A stretch of 64,000 bases of DNA from Dicyema japonicum (GCA_011109175.1 RDEW01000017.1:616568-680567); one strand, 5' to 3'; positions 13,666 to 27,299 are shown, counted from the stretch's first letter. Numbers and translations: made by a program. Notes: a model not told the origin generated them from the sequence alone.

Positions 13666-15237
13666 TAGGGAGATTTTTATTTTGACTTTATAAATCGGAA
13701 ATTTTGACCTAAAAATTGACTTTATTGACTTTAAAATTTCAAAATTTTGACATTTTTTGACTTTATGATAAATTTATCTACAAAAAATTTTTTTAATATA
13801 AAGAAAAACTAATTAAAATGCAGAATAATGTAATTCAAAACGTTTTCGGTTTTAAAATTTCGGTCTTTAGATAGTATTTTTTTCCAATAAAGAAAATTTC
13901 TCTCAACAAATAATGTGGAAGGACACTTTTTCAGATAGTTGTGTACATATGGAGAAATATGTTGTTTTTTCATTTTTGTGATAGAAAGTACTTGATTGAC
14001 AAATAATCTTTATTCCAGTACTTCATGATTTCACATAAATCGTCCTTGAAATGCAATTTCTGAATGTGTTCTTCCGCGTCTCGCAAAATTCCTTAAAACA
14101 TCGTCAATTATCTGACAGGTAATCGTAGAGTTAGCCGCAGAAGACAATGACGACAAGATATTAAAATTATTTTCTTGGGATCAGAAATTTTTCCAATAAG
14201 TGTATTGACATATTTCTGTCCTCGGATATCAGTTTCACCAATCAAAAAACTTATTCAGATTTATAATGAATGAAAATAAAACCTGTAAAGCTGCTTCTTG
14301 CATAAGTTTTCTACACTTTTTCGGCAAGCGTGAGTACTTGGAAGATTATGTCCAATACTCTCAACAAGTCTCGTAAGCTTTACTGTTTAACTAATGCAAG
14401 GGAATATCGGATTCGACAAAAGCCTTAGTGAATTATCGACCCATTTGTCGTAGATGGCAAAAAAAATCAATGGGTTTTATATTGTTGACACCTATAAAAT
14501 AGTAATAAAAATAATAAACCTTCTAATTTGATATGCTTCATAGACGATCTACGTGATTCAATAAAAATTGCTTTTTTGCAGTTACAAATGTTAGTTAGTT
14601 AAAGCACATTCGCGTTACCTGTTAAAACTGTTTATGGTTTCGCTTGTGTCATTTTTTCGATTATCCTTTCAGTTAGTCTTTTCCATCCTTTTCGTTGTTA
14701 TGCTCGTTTTCTGATTTCGTCCAGATCGTCCGCATCCATCAGTCGACCCCGAACACTAGTAATCCTCCGCGTATATCAGTATGGCCGAAGAATTCTTCCA
14801 TGGCGGCATTGCATGGTTTCTGTTCACCCATCAGTAGAATATGTCCAAAAAGGCGCCATCGTGCTTCAAGTACGTTTAGACTTATTGGTCCGCAATCAGT
14901 CAGTTTGTATAATTTATTGTTTGAGATTTTCTTTGGCCAAGACTATCCAAAAAGTTTTCTTAGCTGGCCTCTGTGAAAAAAGCCAAGTTGTTCCATCCCA
15001 CGCTAGTAATTTATTTAAAAACTCGAAAAATTAAAAAAATCAAAATCAATAAAATTTTGACTTTATTGATAAAAAAATTAAATTTTGACATTATTTGACA
15101 TCACTTAAAATTTTGACTTTTTTGACTTATAACTTTAGATTAATATAATATTTTCGACTAAAAACTGCATTTTTATAAATTTTAAACAATTTTAAAGAAC
15201 ATATCAATTTTTGACTTTATTAACAAAAATCGTCCTA
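13666..15237 (-). mobile_element. hAT element with CGGBP1-like transposase remnant
   Basis: Imperfect TIR TAGGGAGATTTTT / AAAAATCGTCCTA; 8-bp TSD GTTATAAT vs GTTGTAAT; TTTGAC subterminal repeats at both ends; TKAFVESDIPLH and GHNLPSTHACRKSVE on the minus strand. Confidence 0.7.
14690..15000 (-). mobile_element. RTE-clade 3' fragment nested in the hAT element
   Basis: EARWRLFGHILLMGEQKPCNAAMEEFF matches the RTE C-terminal RW(R/K)L(F/I)GH motif seen in other RTE copies here. Confidence 0.65.
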
Positions 15238-15249
15238 GTTGTAATAAAT

Positions 15250-16000
15250 AATCTATGTTGAAAAACCAAAGAATGCACTTCATTTTTTTTTATTTGTTGG
15301 GTGAGTCCTTTTGTAGAAGATCCGGTTCCACAATGAGATGTTAACTGATCTAGATGCGTGAAACCTTCAGCCGGAATGTACAGAGCCATCAAACTTTTTG
15401 CCCAGCCCTCGTTGCACTTCACAACCACTAGCGCATTTGGTAACAAGTTTATATAATGTTCCCATACAAGTTATAGGACATATGTCCTTACGAGTCTCAC
15501 AATCATGGCATCTCATTTTTTCGTTTAATTCAAAGCACATGTTGTCTTTGCGGAATTCCCTCCTCGATTGTACAGCTCTTGTTTTCTCTTAATTCTGATC
15601 AGGTCATGTATATAGCTTCAATCCTCACCAACTCTCCCTTTTTAGACTTTATGTATCCATAGCAACAGAGAACACCCATCACTTTTTACTTTTCATAGAC
15701 AGGGAAAACTTGTCTGGAATACTAATTGACAAGTTCCAATTGAGTTGATAACTTTGAAATTTTCTTTTCAACATTTTCTAACCAGGCTCCATCCATCTCT
15801 GGGAATCCTCCAAAGTCTTTGTTTCGCAGCATAAACTATCTCAGACACCCTCCAGCTTCGGAGACACAAGTAACATCTTCGATGATGGCTGAAAGGGAAC
15901 ACAAATTGGTCGGGAAAATATGATAACCAACATTTTTGACAATGAGAGTTCTTGTGACGTCATCAAGTTCCAGAGACGACTTTTTTGCCTCCACTATACT
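15250..16000 (-). mobile_element. Degenerate RLE-type non-LTR retrotransposon fragment
   Basis: CPITCMGTLYKLVTK (RT domain-1-like, R4/R2 style) and the LYIPAEGFTHL segment. Confidence 0.4.
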
Positions 16001-16239
16001 ATTCTTGTTATTTGATTTTGCAGGAAGTCCTTGGGATCCGTATTCCTTAATCCACTAGAAACGTACATAAAAATACTACAACAAAGATGGCGGTCCCTCT
16101 CAAAGAATATTGCATTTGAGGAGTCTGAGTTGTACATGTAAAATTTTAACTCGAAAAAATAAAAAAAATAATTGATTTGGCAAATATCCGAGTATATGCT
16201 ATTGACGAGACAAATAGTATTTCTAATTTCACAAGATAT

Positions 16240-16550
16240 ATAAAGATGGAAAGCAACCGGATGGGGTAACTGTCTTTCCCTAAACAGAAACCTTTTTCCA
16301 GTCGAGAGTTCCTGGCTCTCCGTTGAAAGCTAGGGAGGCTGCTCGGACTTTCGAGAATTTCAAAATAAAAAAATACGACAGCCTCTTCATCATATTCCAT
16401 ATACAGCCTGTTGTCGTAGAGACAAGCGGAGTCTTCTGGTCCAAGACGGTCTCTTTTCTGCGATCGCTTAGGTCAATGATATCAAAAATGAGTAATGAGC
16501 GTCGGGAAATCGATGGCTGTTTCAAAGGATTTCTCTGGAAATTGTCATGA
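16240..16550 (+). mobile_element. CRE-clade 3' (RLE endonuclease) remnant
   Basis: DGKQPDGVTVFP, KIKKYDS, PVVVETSGVF match the better copy at 44075-44542. Confidence 0.7.
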
Positions 16551-17686
16551 GAAACAGCCCTTTCATCCTATCAGCTGTATTACTTTGATTGTCTTGTTAT
16601 GTAATAAATTGTTTTTTGCTCCTATAAAAAACAATTCAAACAAAAGAAATTTTATTTTTTAAATACTTAGTATCATTTACATTTTCGAAACCGTGTTTGC
16701 ATTCTAAAACATGCTTTCTACTTTCTTTAATGAAAATGTCTGAATAAATGATTAAACATATTATTTGAACTGAAGAAACTCCATATATTTTTTGAAGAAT
16801 GTAGAGACAATCCCATCTCAGGGAAGACCAATCTGTGCAAGATTTATGTGAAATATTCATTTTTAGCCATGTTGAAGATGTTGGAATATCATAATTATTA
16901 TTTTCAAGTAATTCTAATAATATCGATTATTGCTTTCAAAACGATTCTTTTTCCTTCTGATTTTCTCTTTCCAGGCTGATGGAAAAATTCCCTCTGTTAA
17001 ATACACTGAACGAAATAAAGACGAAATGTTGGAAAATTATTGGTTGTTCACTGGATCACTTTTCAATTAAATAAATTATGATCAACATATTTAACAGGGA
17101 CATTTGTTTGTTGTCTTTCTAAAGGTTGAACTACTTTCTTCTACTGAGATTAATAATTCTTCATAAGCATTATCATTGCGATCACGAGGGAAAGTCTAAC
17201 GAGTAGTATAGTAGTTAGTGCAGTCGTTCTAATAGCAATTAGCTGTAGGTTCGATTCTTAGACCTACTTGATCTATGGATTCAATTCTGCTCTGTGTTTT
17301 TTTCAAATCTTAAGAGACTTCAGCTGATTCACCTTCTCAAGATACGCCCAATGCTTGGATATGAATGGGCGTGATGATTTTGACAGGATGGTTTCACTTC
17401 ATCCATGGGAACTGGATATTCCTTAATTGAACTTTAACTATTAATCCTCTTCCGGTAAATTAAATAAAGTGATAAGTCTCAGCATCGATAGCTGAGTAGC
17501 ATATTATCTCACATTGACTGTCGCCCCTCAGTTGGATATTTATTACCCACGTCCTTAACTTTGTCGGTGAAGTACCACTTGTATGTCTAAATGATGTCAT
17601 ATGTGCAATTTTGAAACTGTATTTACCACAAATGAATAAAAAATCAATTAAAATTAAAAATTGAAATATTTTACTAATAATCAATG

Positions 17687-18354
17687 TCAGCAACAAGAAC
17701 GCGAGTTATTTGATTGGTTTAACTGAGGGAGAGAGTTAAGTACAACTTCGTCGCTGATTAAGTAGTTAATATTTGCATGTTTGGACGCTTGTTGAGCAAC
17801 TTCAAAGAAGGCCTCCTCAACGTTCGTAGAATCCTTCGCAGAAACAGTAAAATGAGGGATCTTTCCAATTTGGTGGCACCAAAACTCAGCCTGTTTAAGG
17901 GAAACCTAAATTCAGATTTGGGGATCACTTGATGGTTTGGAGGTCCACTTTGTTGCCGAGAACCACAAAGGGAAGGCATTCGGGTTGGCAAGGTTGGACA
18001 TTGCATAGAAGCGGTCCCTCCATCCATTTAGTGAGCGAAAAGACTCAGAGGAGGTCACGTCATAAACGAGAGACAACAGTCGGCTCCTCTGTAGTAGGAG
18101 TTGCCGATACTATGTTGCTTTTCCTGTCCAGCAGTGTCCCACATCTGCATGGAGACTTCCAGACCGTTTACATTCACAGTTTTAGTGGAAAAATCCGCCC
18201 CAATAGTCGGTTTGTATGATGTTGAGAAGGCCTTACATACGTATTTCTGCATAAGGGAGGTCTTGCCAACTCTAAAATGGAATAACAAGGCAAACCCAAC
18301 ATCCCCGATTATTACGACCTTAACGACTAAACGCTTATTGCCAGACTTGTGCAT
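17687..18354 (-). CDS. RAB7: Rab7-family small GTPase (divergent), 3 exons
   Basis: GDVGVGKTS after removing a 24-nt intron (18272-18295), TIGADF, WDTAGQE, RGADCC, FVVLGNKVDL, SAKDSTNVEEAF, C-terminal CC. Second intron is 23 nt; three single-base gaps are needed to keep the frame. Confidence 0.9.
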
Positions 18355-18739
18355 AACTAAAAACAGTTATATTAATAAGCCAAATATATTTAAAATTTCT
18401 CCATTAAATTATTATAATTTTAATGTTTTAATCAACCTCAATGCTTAAATTATTTAATTTAAATTCGCATTTTGTGGCTTCGTAAAAGAATTTCACGTGG
18501 ACTAATTGTACGTGATGCAATTACAAAGAATAACAGCATCGCATGCACAAAAGGAGGATGCCACCAACATGTCTGACATGGATACGAGTAAAAAATCTGC
18601 CCTGATGGTTACTGTGAACTGCTCAGGACTATGAACGAAGTGCAATCAAACTGGCGAACTGTCTGTGCTTCCACGATTCGATAGAGAAGGTTCGTCTTGG
18701 AATTTACGGCATAAAGTTTTAGTTACTGATGGACAAATC

Positions 18740-19070
18740 TCTCATCATAAACGAACTGGAACCCTATCGCCGTTGGGGTCGGCAATCACTAAGTCGAAGA
18801 CGTCATAATGAAATCCTCGGAGGGGTCGGAGATGCTTTACTAAATTGAGGCCATCAGTCGACCACTATGATTGACATCAAATATTGAAAGGCTGGTCATC
18901 CGTCAGAAAGTTGAAGCCAAGTACCCCGTACACTTAGGATTCGAGATTCGACGGAGAACCATCCACTGCGAATGATTAAGAGTGCCGGATACTATAATTG
19001 CTACTCCGTGAAATCCAGTGGCTCCTTCGGTTGATATCCTTTGCTATTGTAAGAGGCAACACTGTGGGTA
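18740..19070 (+). mobile_element. Highly decayed CRE-clade 3' remnant
   Basis: RRHNEI and ISFAIVRGNT resemble the CRE C-terminal RH...(Q)RGN motifs. Confidence 0.35.
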
Positions 19071-20799
19071 TCGATAGTTAGAATTATATTAACAATGTAA
19101 TTTGAAATATCGAATTTCATCTTTGTCAATTTAATCCTTAAAGGCCTTACTGCCCTTTCAATTGTGGATTCTTATGGGTGTGTAATCTTAGATAATCTCC
19201 AAATATTATTTTTCGAGAGTTTTGCCTTTCAAGTCATTTCTGTTTGGGGGCAATCCTATACGTGATGAAAATCTCGTATTCCTTGATTACAGATACTGAT
19301 GGTGCGATAAGGAAACTGGTGTCCTACAAACGTCTTTTATTCGAAGAGGTACTTTATTGGCTGTGCTTCTTTGATTACCATACATACTTGTTCCTCTTAA
19401 GAAACTGCTTCTTTATGCAAAGAGTTTCTTATATCCTCAGGACGACGCGTTATTTTTCTCTCTCGGGCCAACCCTCTTGTATTGACTTTCTTTTCCGTGA
19501 GGCGTCCGGGCACATTTGTCTTCTCTTCAACTACGCCTTTTGATAACAGGTGCATTGCCACTAGATGTGATGGCCTTTGATTTTACTTCTCTCTGATGCT
19601 TCTCTGCCTCCACATTTTTTGTTTCTCGTATCTTCCGATTTCTTGGTGATGGGGAATCTACACTTTTCTAGACGACTCGATCAGGATCGCAGTCTCACGT
19701 CGCCTTGGACTGAATATTTGTGTCACGACAGTGCCAATGAGGTTAGCGGATTGAAGGTTTTGGGTTACATCCTATCACTTGAACAAAGAATGTGGGAATA
19801 AATCCTAAATAAAGTTGTCGACGGACTAAACCGTTGGTGGTCTCCCATCTATAGTAAATAGGTGGTTGAAAATGACCAGGTGGAATAACCATATCTCCTT
19901 TCGTGGCTGTGAAGTCTTAAATCTGGGATATCAAGTTTACAAACACTTGTTTCGAGTAACTTCCCTCAGAGTACTGCTAATCGCTGTTAAGACGTTGTGT
20001 CGAAAGTATGTTGACTTACTAGTGATGTGACTCTAGATCACTTTGCTTGGATGACCTTAAAATGGCTCACAAGTTTGTCAGAGACAGCAAAAAAAGGAAA
20101 CGACCAATTTTTGCAGTTGTGGGAACCCCTCAAGTGGAGATGAGGAAAAAAAGTGATCCCTTATCGTACTACCCTTGCATTGGGCGAATCTAAAGACATG
20201 TGGATACTTGACGTCGCAATAGTAAACAAGATAATAGAAGAGGGACTTGAGGTAATCAAATTATGAAAGGCGTCAAGTATGACACGCCATTAACATCCAC
20301 GTGGCATTCCATTATCAAGCAACCACCAAATAGTTTGCAATAAGTCACCGTCCCCAGAATTTTTTCGAACTTGACTCCTTTTTAAAGGATAGAGCACAAA
20401 TTTTTGCTTTGTTATACTCGGCACCAAAAAAAACACATACGCTCCTTCAACATACAGAGTTTTTTTATCGATGTTAGGTTTCCTATGTACCCAGTACATT
20501 GAACGTCTACTGATTAATGCGGATCAAATGACGCCACCAGGTAGAAGGAAGAGAAATCTTCAATCAGGTAGCCACATGACACCACATGGTATCACGCAGC
20601 CAAAATTTAATTAAAGAATTTGTGAATGCTCAGGCTTGCAGCGGTTTATACTAATATAGTTAACTCGGACTTGACAGGACGAATAAAAAATCCGTCGGGA
20701 TGATTCTTTTCTGTGAAGGGTGGAAATATTTAGTCTGGGACGTCACTTGTGTAAATGGCTTCTTTTTTCAACCCCACGATGAAAGCCACTGACTGCCAC

Positions 20800-21000
20800 A
20801 GTGAGAACATAAACCCTTTGAAAATATGCCGCCTTATGAAGACAGTTAGTCAGTCCCGTCGTGGCCAAAACCCTGAGGATTCTAGGACCTGAATAGCTTT
20901 TTTTTCTCGAATCGTTGGTAGCAAAAAAGTGTGGACAGGGATGGGTGATTGAGCAGATTTCAGTACAAATCGTGAGAGGAAATGCCTTCTCAATCACAAT
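20800..21000 (+). mobile_element. CRE-clade 3' remnant
   Basis: IEQISVQIVRGNAFSI terminal motif. Confidence 0.45.
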
Positions 21001-21444
21001 AGCTAAGTAAAATAAATCTGTTATAAAAAAGTACATAGAACTATGAACTCTTCATAAATAAAAAGAAAACGTATGATCTAAACGGGTGGAGATAAAAGAA
21101 AAGTAGCTTGCAGGGAGGTTATGATTCCTTGTCCGTGGTTTCGATTCCATAACTGGCTACTTGGTCGAATGATTCGCTCAACTTTTTACTGTTCTACTAT
21201 AGTGCCGTAATGTGATTCCAGTGCTAATATGACACACAAAATACAATTGTTCTCCTCCACTGTTGGATCATTCGTTAGAAGTTTCCATAACTACAAGGAT
21301 TATACGCTTTATCTTTTCGGTTGTTCTGGGTTGACTTGCATTTTCATATGAAATCAAAATTCCAGAAACTTTGACAGAAAAAAAATAGATGACCAGATTA
21401 GATTTCAAAGAATTTTATCAATAGATATTTCATGCATTTTAATA

Positions 21445-21730
21445 ATAGCAACCAAGACCACGGTTACACAAACTAACTAATCACGTGATCCCAGCACGCT
21501 CTAGCAGAGACCTCAACTTGGCCCGATGCTCCTCTCTCGACCACACAAACACGTATCGACCAAATGATTAATCTTCGTAGTCACTATGGCGCGTTTCATG
21601 GTTTATGCGTATCATGGATTCTAGAGGCATTGGAGGCTGGAACTCTCCAGAAGTCTATCGTTCCTTAAATTCGGAGGCTCTTTTACTGCTGCCTCGATCT
21701 TCAAGATATTTGTCCAAGAGATCCATTTTA
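21445..21730 (-). mobile_element. I-group LINE 3' end
   Basis: 3' motif at 21485-21492; similar to copies at 3.6 kb and 30.4 kb. Confidence 0.65.
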
Positions 21731-21871
21731 GTAATGATAAGGATATTTAAAATTAAAAAAAGAATTTTTTAGTTAAATCTTAATATAATTTATAATTTTA
21801 AATATTTTGATTTAATGGTTAACGTATTTTATTAAATATAATAGAACATTTTTAGTTTTAGTGACGATTCT

Positions 21872-22150
21872 ATGCCGATTTCTGATCTTCTGTTAAAATT
21901 CGAAAAAGCAGGGAGTGCAATTAATGAAGACAAGCCAACTTCTTCTCAGGGGCTAGAAGGATTAAAACCGATAGGAAAGATAAAATCTCCAATCCCTCCT
22001 ATAAATTTCAAATTAATGCCACAAACTTCCCAAAAATTCAACAAATCTGACGAATCTCTGCCCAAAAATCTCACAGATGTTCGAAGGAACATTAAAAACC
22101 TTCCGATTGGAAGATCTCCTCCATCTTCACTGGCTCGACATTTTGAATAA
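21872..22150 (+). CDS. Hypothetical 92-aa Pro/Ser/Lys-rich protein
   Basis: Uninterrupted ATG-to-TAA ORF between AT-rich flanks; no mobile-element motif and no recognised domain. Confidence 0.35.
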   Translation: MPISDLLLKFEKAGSAINEDKPTSSQGLEGLKPIGKIKSPIPPINFKLMPQTSQKFNKSDESLPKNLTDVRRNIKNLPIGRSPPSSLARHFE

Positions 22151-23574
22151 CTTAAATTTATGTTTACGAACTGAATTCACTTTAATTTTAACTGAGTATT
22201 TGTTTTTCACTTTAAAAGTTGCTTGTCATTTACGTCATTATTTGTTTAGTTAAGCTGTTTCTAGCTCATTGGATGACCACCTTCCTCGGGGATTTGGACC
22301 TCTCACGTGGGATTTGATGCACACATGACAGGAGATCAACACGATGACGTAGATATTTGATTTTTAGCAATTTGGAAGCGTTTGAACTGAACTGTTGATT
22401 AAGGCATTAAATAATAGAAACCTTGTGGTTTACGTCAACCACAATTCAAAGCCTTAATGCAGTCGAAGCGCTCGCAGTTGACTTATAATATCGGGCCAAA
22501 TTCCGATTCAGAGGAGATTGACAGAATCCAGTTTGGATAGAAAAATAAATGACATGAATGGTTATCTATTGTGGCGGATGATAAGCAAGAGAAAATAACT
22601 GATGACACGAGGGAACCACAAAGAGGGGGATATATGCTAAGGGTCTAACCTTTAAGGTAGAAATTAATAATAATAAATTTCCTTTGCAAGGGATGATAAT
22701 CTGGTGATAATCTTTTCTTCTAGATAGCATAAAATGACTCTTCCACAAGATGGTCGTCGGAAAAGGTAAATAAAGAAATAAGCAGCCAAAGAAAGGATTG
22801 GGGGTAACTAAGGGGAAATAAATAATGACATAAGAATAGTAGGTAATAGGGGAGGATTTGTGAACAGAAGAGAAATCAGCAGTCATTGGCTTAAGGTACA
22901 TTAATGAGTGAAATAAAATCGATGTTTAAATATCAATTCACGTGGTATTAATAACATTTTCGGTTTTACTGCAAAATTTTCGATTTTACCAATTATCGCA
23001 TTACAAACAGCCTGACGCCCCTTCTGGTGTTTTGATCAATAAAAGTGAGCCGGCTTTAATCATTTCATGTCAAAACACTCAAAATTACAAAAACCAGAAA
23101 ATTTGGGGAACAATTTTGGTTTTAAAATAAAAAAACAAAAAATTAGAGCTATAGGGTGGCAGTCTTAACTGTGTGGTTATTTTTACTCTAAAATGGGAGG
23201 GAAATCTGCTTGAATAGCAAACAACACTCACTAACTTCTCCCGAGAGGACTTATATTAAGTTTCCAAGTTTTTTTTTAAATCATAGGACGAGTGTCGAAG
23301 GGCTCCAGAGGTTTTCACTTTGAATAGTCTGTCTCATTCAAAAATTATTTAAATTAAATAACTGTCTCTAATTTGATAGCGGGGTTATATTGGCTTAGGA
23401 AAATCTCCGGGCTACATAAAAGAGAGCGACTGAACAAATCATTTGCATATCGTCGATAACTAACACGTTGCTAATTTGACTTAATTATGACTACATGTCA
23501 AATTATACTTTAATTTTCATTTGACAATATATCTTCATGTCCTCATTCGGCACAAGATAAAACTAATTTATTAT

Positions 23575-23990
23575 TAGGGCGAAAATAATAGACATTTTTT
23601 GAAAACAAAATAGTACTATTAGGACATTTTAAGACAAAAATAGGACAATTTTATTATTTTTTAAATTATTTTGTATTTTTAGCGTTTAACTATAAACAAA
23701 ATATCACAATATATTATTTTACTATCTTAGAGCATTTTGGTAGTATAAATCTCCTTGAGTTTTTGGAAATTGCTTTTGAAATTCATTCCTTATTTTGGCT
23801 CTGAGTTCTAATAGTTTTAATAATTGAAAAAATACAACCTGCCTTTAAATGAAAACTGCTAGTACACAAAAAAACAATTTATAACGTGTAATTTAAAAAG
23901 AAATGAAAAAATACTAACAAAATACTAACAAAATTAAAAAAATAATTATATCCTATTTTAGGACAATTTTATTATTGAATTTTCGCCCTA
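23575..23990. mobile_element. hAT-type MITE
   Basis: 12-bp TIR TAGGGCGAAAAT...ATTTTCGCCCTA; 8-bp TSD TTTATTAT vs TTAATTAT; GGACA subterminal repeats; non-coding. Confidence 0.75.
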
Positions 23991-24106
23991 TTAATTATTG
24001 TTCTAGGTACCAGGTGGATAAAAATTCAATCGGTATATTTTTAAACAATTTTATTAATAATTCGAGTTAAATTTAATAAAATAAAAATTTTAAATATCAT
24101 TGATTA

Positions 24107-25156
24107 ATGTTGTTAAAAACTGTCGTCCTCTCTCTGCTAGTATTTCAAACAACTCTTCTTGTGCTTATAATAAAAGTATCCACCAAGTGGAACAGACTCT
24201 ATATCAAGTCCACGGTCGTCTGCGCTACGGAAATTGTAAAATTTCTGATATCCTACACAAACATGGTAATAATTGGCAAGGGTAGGGTTCAACGTTATTT
24301 CAGAAAGCTTGAACATCTTTAGTGCAGTAAATAGATGCATATTTTTGTGTCCCTTGGAGGTCCTCAAAATTTTGATTCCCTCCCTCTGCTATGTTCTACA
24401 GAACAATTTGCTTCACTATGCCATCGAACGACTTGACGCTCCCATTTTTCAAGTACAAAGTTTCTGAGATCCTAGGTTTTGTATCAAATGAAGACGCTCA
24501 CCACCGCCTTTTTTTCTTATTTGTTTCTTGGGAGAGTATTCGGTGGACGGAAAATGACTGCTCTGATAATTCTCACAGTGGGAGTTATCCTTGTTGAAAA
24601 AGACAACGTTTAAAAATTTAATCACAACAGCACTATTCTCCACAAGCGACTAGGACAAAGGACCAATCTATGGGTTTCTTGGCGGTCGTGCTGGCCTCGA
24701 TTACTTCCGGACTTTGTGGTGTGTACTTTGAAAGGTTAATCAAACGAAATCCAGACATTTGGCGACAGAACTTTCAAATAGGTTGTTTTGCTGATAATTT
24801 GCAGCATTTGTCAGCATCTGGCTGTCCCTGGGAATGTCATTATACAACGACGGTGAAATGATCCTCAAAAATGGATTTTTCTCAAATTATTCACCTATAG
24901 TCTTTTTGATTATTATCATGCAAGTTGATATCTTCTAACGACTTTAGGCTTTTGGGGGACTCATTGTGTCCTTTGTTATGAAATATGCGGACAATATTTT
25001 AAAGTCCTTTGGGACAGCTGTGTCTACTCTATTCATTTCAGTTCTTTCCCATCTTCCTGGACTCTGTGATTTCAAGGTTGGTGGGTGTTTTATTCGAGAA
25101 ACTTTGTTTTGGGAAGCTTACTGGTGATTGCTTCGATATTCATTTATTCTGTGTAA
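24107..25156 (+). CDS. SLC35A: SLC35A-family nucleotide-sugar transporter (UDP-Gal/UDP-GlcNAc/CMP-Sia type), 7 exons
   Basis: STVVCATEIVKF, LIPSLCYVLQNNL, QVLYQMKTLTTAFFS, SGLCGVYFERLIK, AFGGLIVSFVMKYADNILKSFG. Six GT-AG introns of 22-24 nt; one apparent extra base near 25046-25050. Symbol is family-level. Confidence 0.9.
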
Positions 25157-25662
25157 ACTTTCTTTGGGTTTATTGGGAAATGTTGTTTTTTATTTTTTTG
25201 TTCGAAATGTCTTTGAATAGAGGCTGTTGATTGTATGATGGAAAATGCCGATCAGATGAGTTGAGCCAAGATTTCTTTGGATGGAGCGTATGGAAAAGCT
25301 GGAGCTTATGTTGGAAATCTCTTCACTTTATAGTCCCGGTAACAACAATAAAAAAGAAAATAACCAATTACTACGGCAACCACCCCTGTCAAGTAAATGG
25401 TTCATCCGACACCATTAGTGAGGCAGAAATATCCAGTACAAAGTAGCTGTGAGTACCCATATTAAAGGTTATGCCAATCTTGAACAGATGAAGACATTAA
25501 GTGTACCATCGCTGTGACATTGTGCAGCAGAGAGATATCACCAACTAAATCTTCCGACCAATTAACCGCTTGGTCGATAAAAATTTCTTTAGGGAATTTA
25601 AATTAAAAAGTTTTCCTAGGAAATTCCATTACTTATAAATAACTTTAATCTGAAATGATTTA

Positions 25663-27204
25663 ATGATGATTGGAACTACAGAGGTAACAGATCTCTAATT
25701 ATCCAGGAAAAGAATGAACCTGAAGAAAATCTAGTACTTGGGATTGGAGGCGAAAAATTTACCACGGAAGTTAATAAGTAAGTTAAAAACAGATTTTAGA
25801 TGCTTTGGGCCATTGAATTTTTTTGATAAAATGGAGGACGCTTATATTTGCAAGCATTGTTTCCAGAGACTTCGTTACCCTAAAAAATTGCAAAATTGCC
25901 GACATCATGTCTGTGGAAAATGCGTCAATGATTTCATAAAGTTATGATTAACTTAACCATCAGATCGGGTGGAGTTTGTCCCGTGGATGGGACTCAAACG
26001 ACATCCACAAATGTATTAGCAATTTTTACCACCACAGTTGAAAACCGACGATAAATTAGCCGATAAAATCAACCATTTGAAAGTAATGTGCAGTTTTTCC
26101 AATCTTGGTTGCATGTGGTACGGAAAAGTGTATGAAATAAACGTACATTTGATTCACTTTTGAAAGAGTCACTTAGACACGTGTGAGTTCGCTGAAATTA
26201 GCTGTCCCAATGACTGCGGCCAAGTATCAACTAGGAATGCAATTTCAACGCATATTATTGACGAGTGCCCTAAGAGATTTTTAGATTGCGAATATTGCCA
26301 AAAGAAAATTAGATTTTCTTTTATGAAAAACCATATCGATAACTGCGAACATTATTTACTCACGTGTGACCTGTGCAAAACAGCCCTAATCAAAAGAAAT
26401 GAGGTCTCTTGCTCATTTTACACTGACAGGTTGCAAAACATCACGAAACAGAATGTCCCAAATATACGATTTCTTGCCCCTTGGAGAGTTGCAATCAAAC
26501 AGTTTTCGATTAATTTGATTTTAGTTTCTGAGATGCCTGTTGGATGACCATATTAAGGATAATATAGATGACCACGTGGTCAGTCTGGGGGAGATTATTC
26601 TTAAATATAAACAAAAAATGAATTTCCTAATGAATACTATTAACTCTATTACAAAAACTCAAAAAGTACAAAATACTCATTCCGCTAGGAAATTTTGGGA
26701 AATCAACGACATTTGCTGCTTTTGCACGACTCTTCTTTCATTTGGCCAATTCCAGAGTTCAGCAAAAAATTTATGTTAGCCAAAACTCGTCACAAAGTCA
26801 GTATTACAAGTCCCCTGTTCCATTCACATGAATTTGGGTATAAAATGAATCTTTATCTTTTTCTATATGGAGAAGGATGCGGTGAATTTTTTTGGATCTA
26901 TTTTATAGCATTCGGTGGGTACATGTCATTATTCGTTTCAATAAACAAGGGGATGTACGATGATGTGCTAAAATGGCCGTTTGAATTTGACATTGTTCTT
27001 CGTCTTCTTTCTAATGGGGACGAAATTTATGAAAAGAGAATAACGCCCTATTTATGTGGCGAAAACGGCGATTTTTTTCAAAAACCAATTTCTCAGTCCA
27101 ACCCAGCCTTTGGATTCATTAAATTTATTGATCATCAAAAATTATGGAACGGAAGTTTTATATTCGAAAATAGCTTGTTTATTAGCGTTAAAGTAATTAG
27201 ATAA
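25663..27204 (+). CDS. TRAF: TNF receptor-associated factor (RING, TRAF zinc fingers, coiled coil, MATH), 10 exons
   Basis: RING CKHC...CRHHVCGKC...CPVD, repeated CPNDC/CEYC zinc fingers, MATH SPLFHSHEFGYKMNL...YMSLFV...KWPF. Nine GT-AG introns of 22-27 nt give an open frame with no frameshift. The first short exon is less certain; symbol is family-level. Confidence 0.92.
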
Positions 27205-27299
27205 CAATGATTCAATTTTAATAAAAAATAATCTTAGTACCTTTTTGACGGACCATGTAGCTTAGTGGTGTCGATTCTTGAAAAACATCATAGGATCCA

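Noticed and set aside
17200-17270. tRNA-like segment (AGTATAGTAGTTAG ... GGTTCGATTC)
   Set aside because: A- and B-box-like words are present, but I could not fold a cloverleaf or find a second copy.
16636-17640. Possible micro-intron gene downstream of Rab7 on the minus strand
   Set aside because: Several short GT-AG candidates exist, but no consistent open spliced frame or known motif; it includes an RT-like GIFPSAWK fragment.
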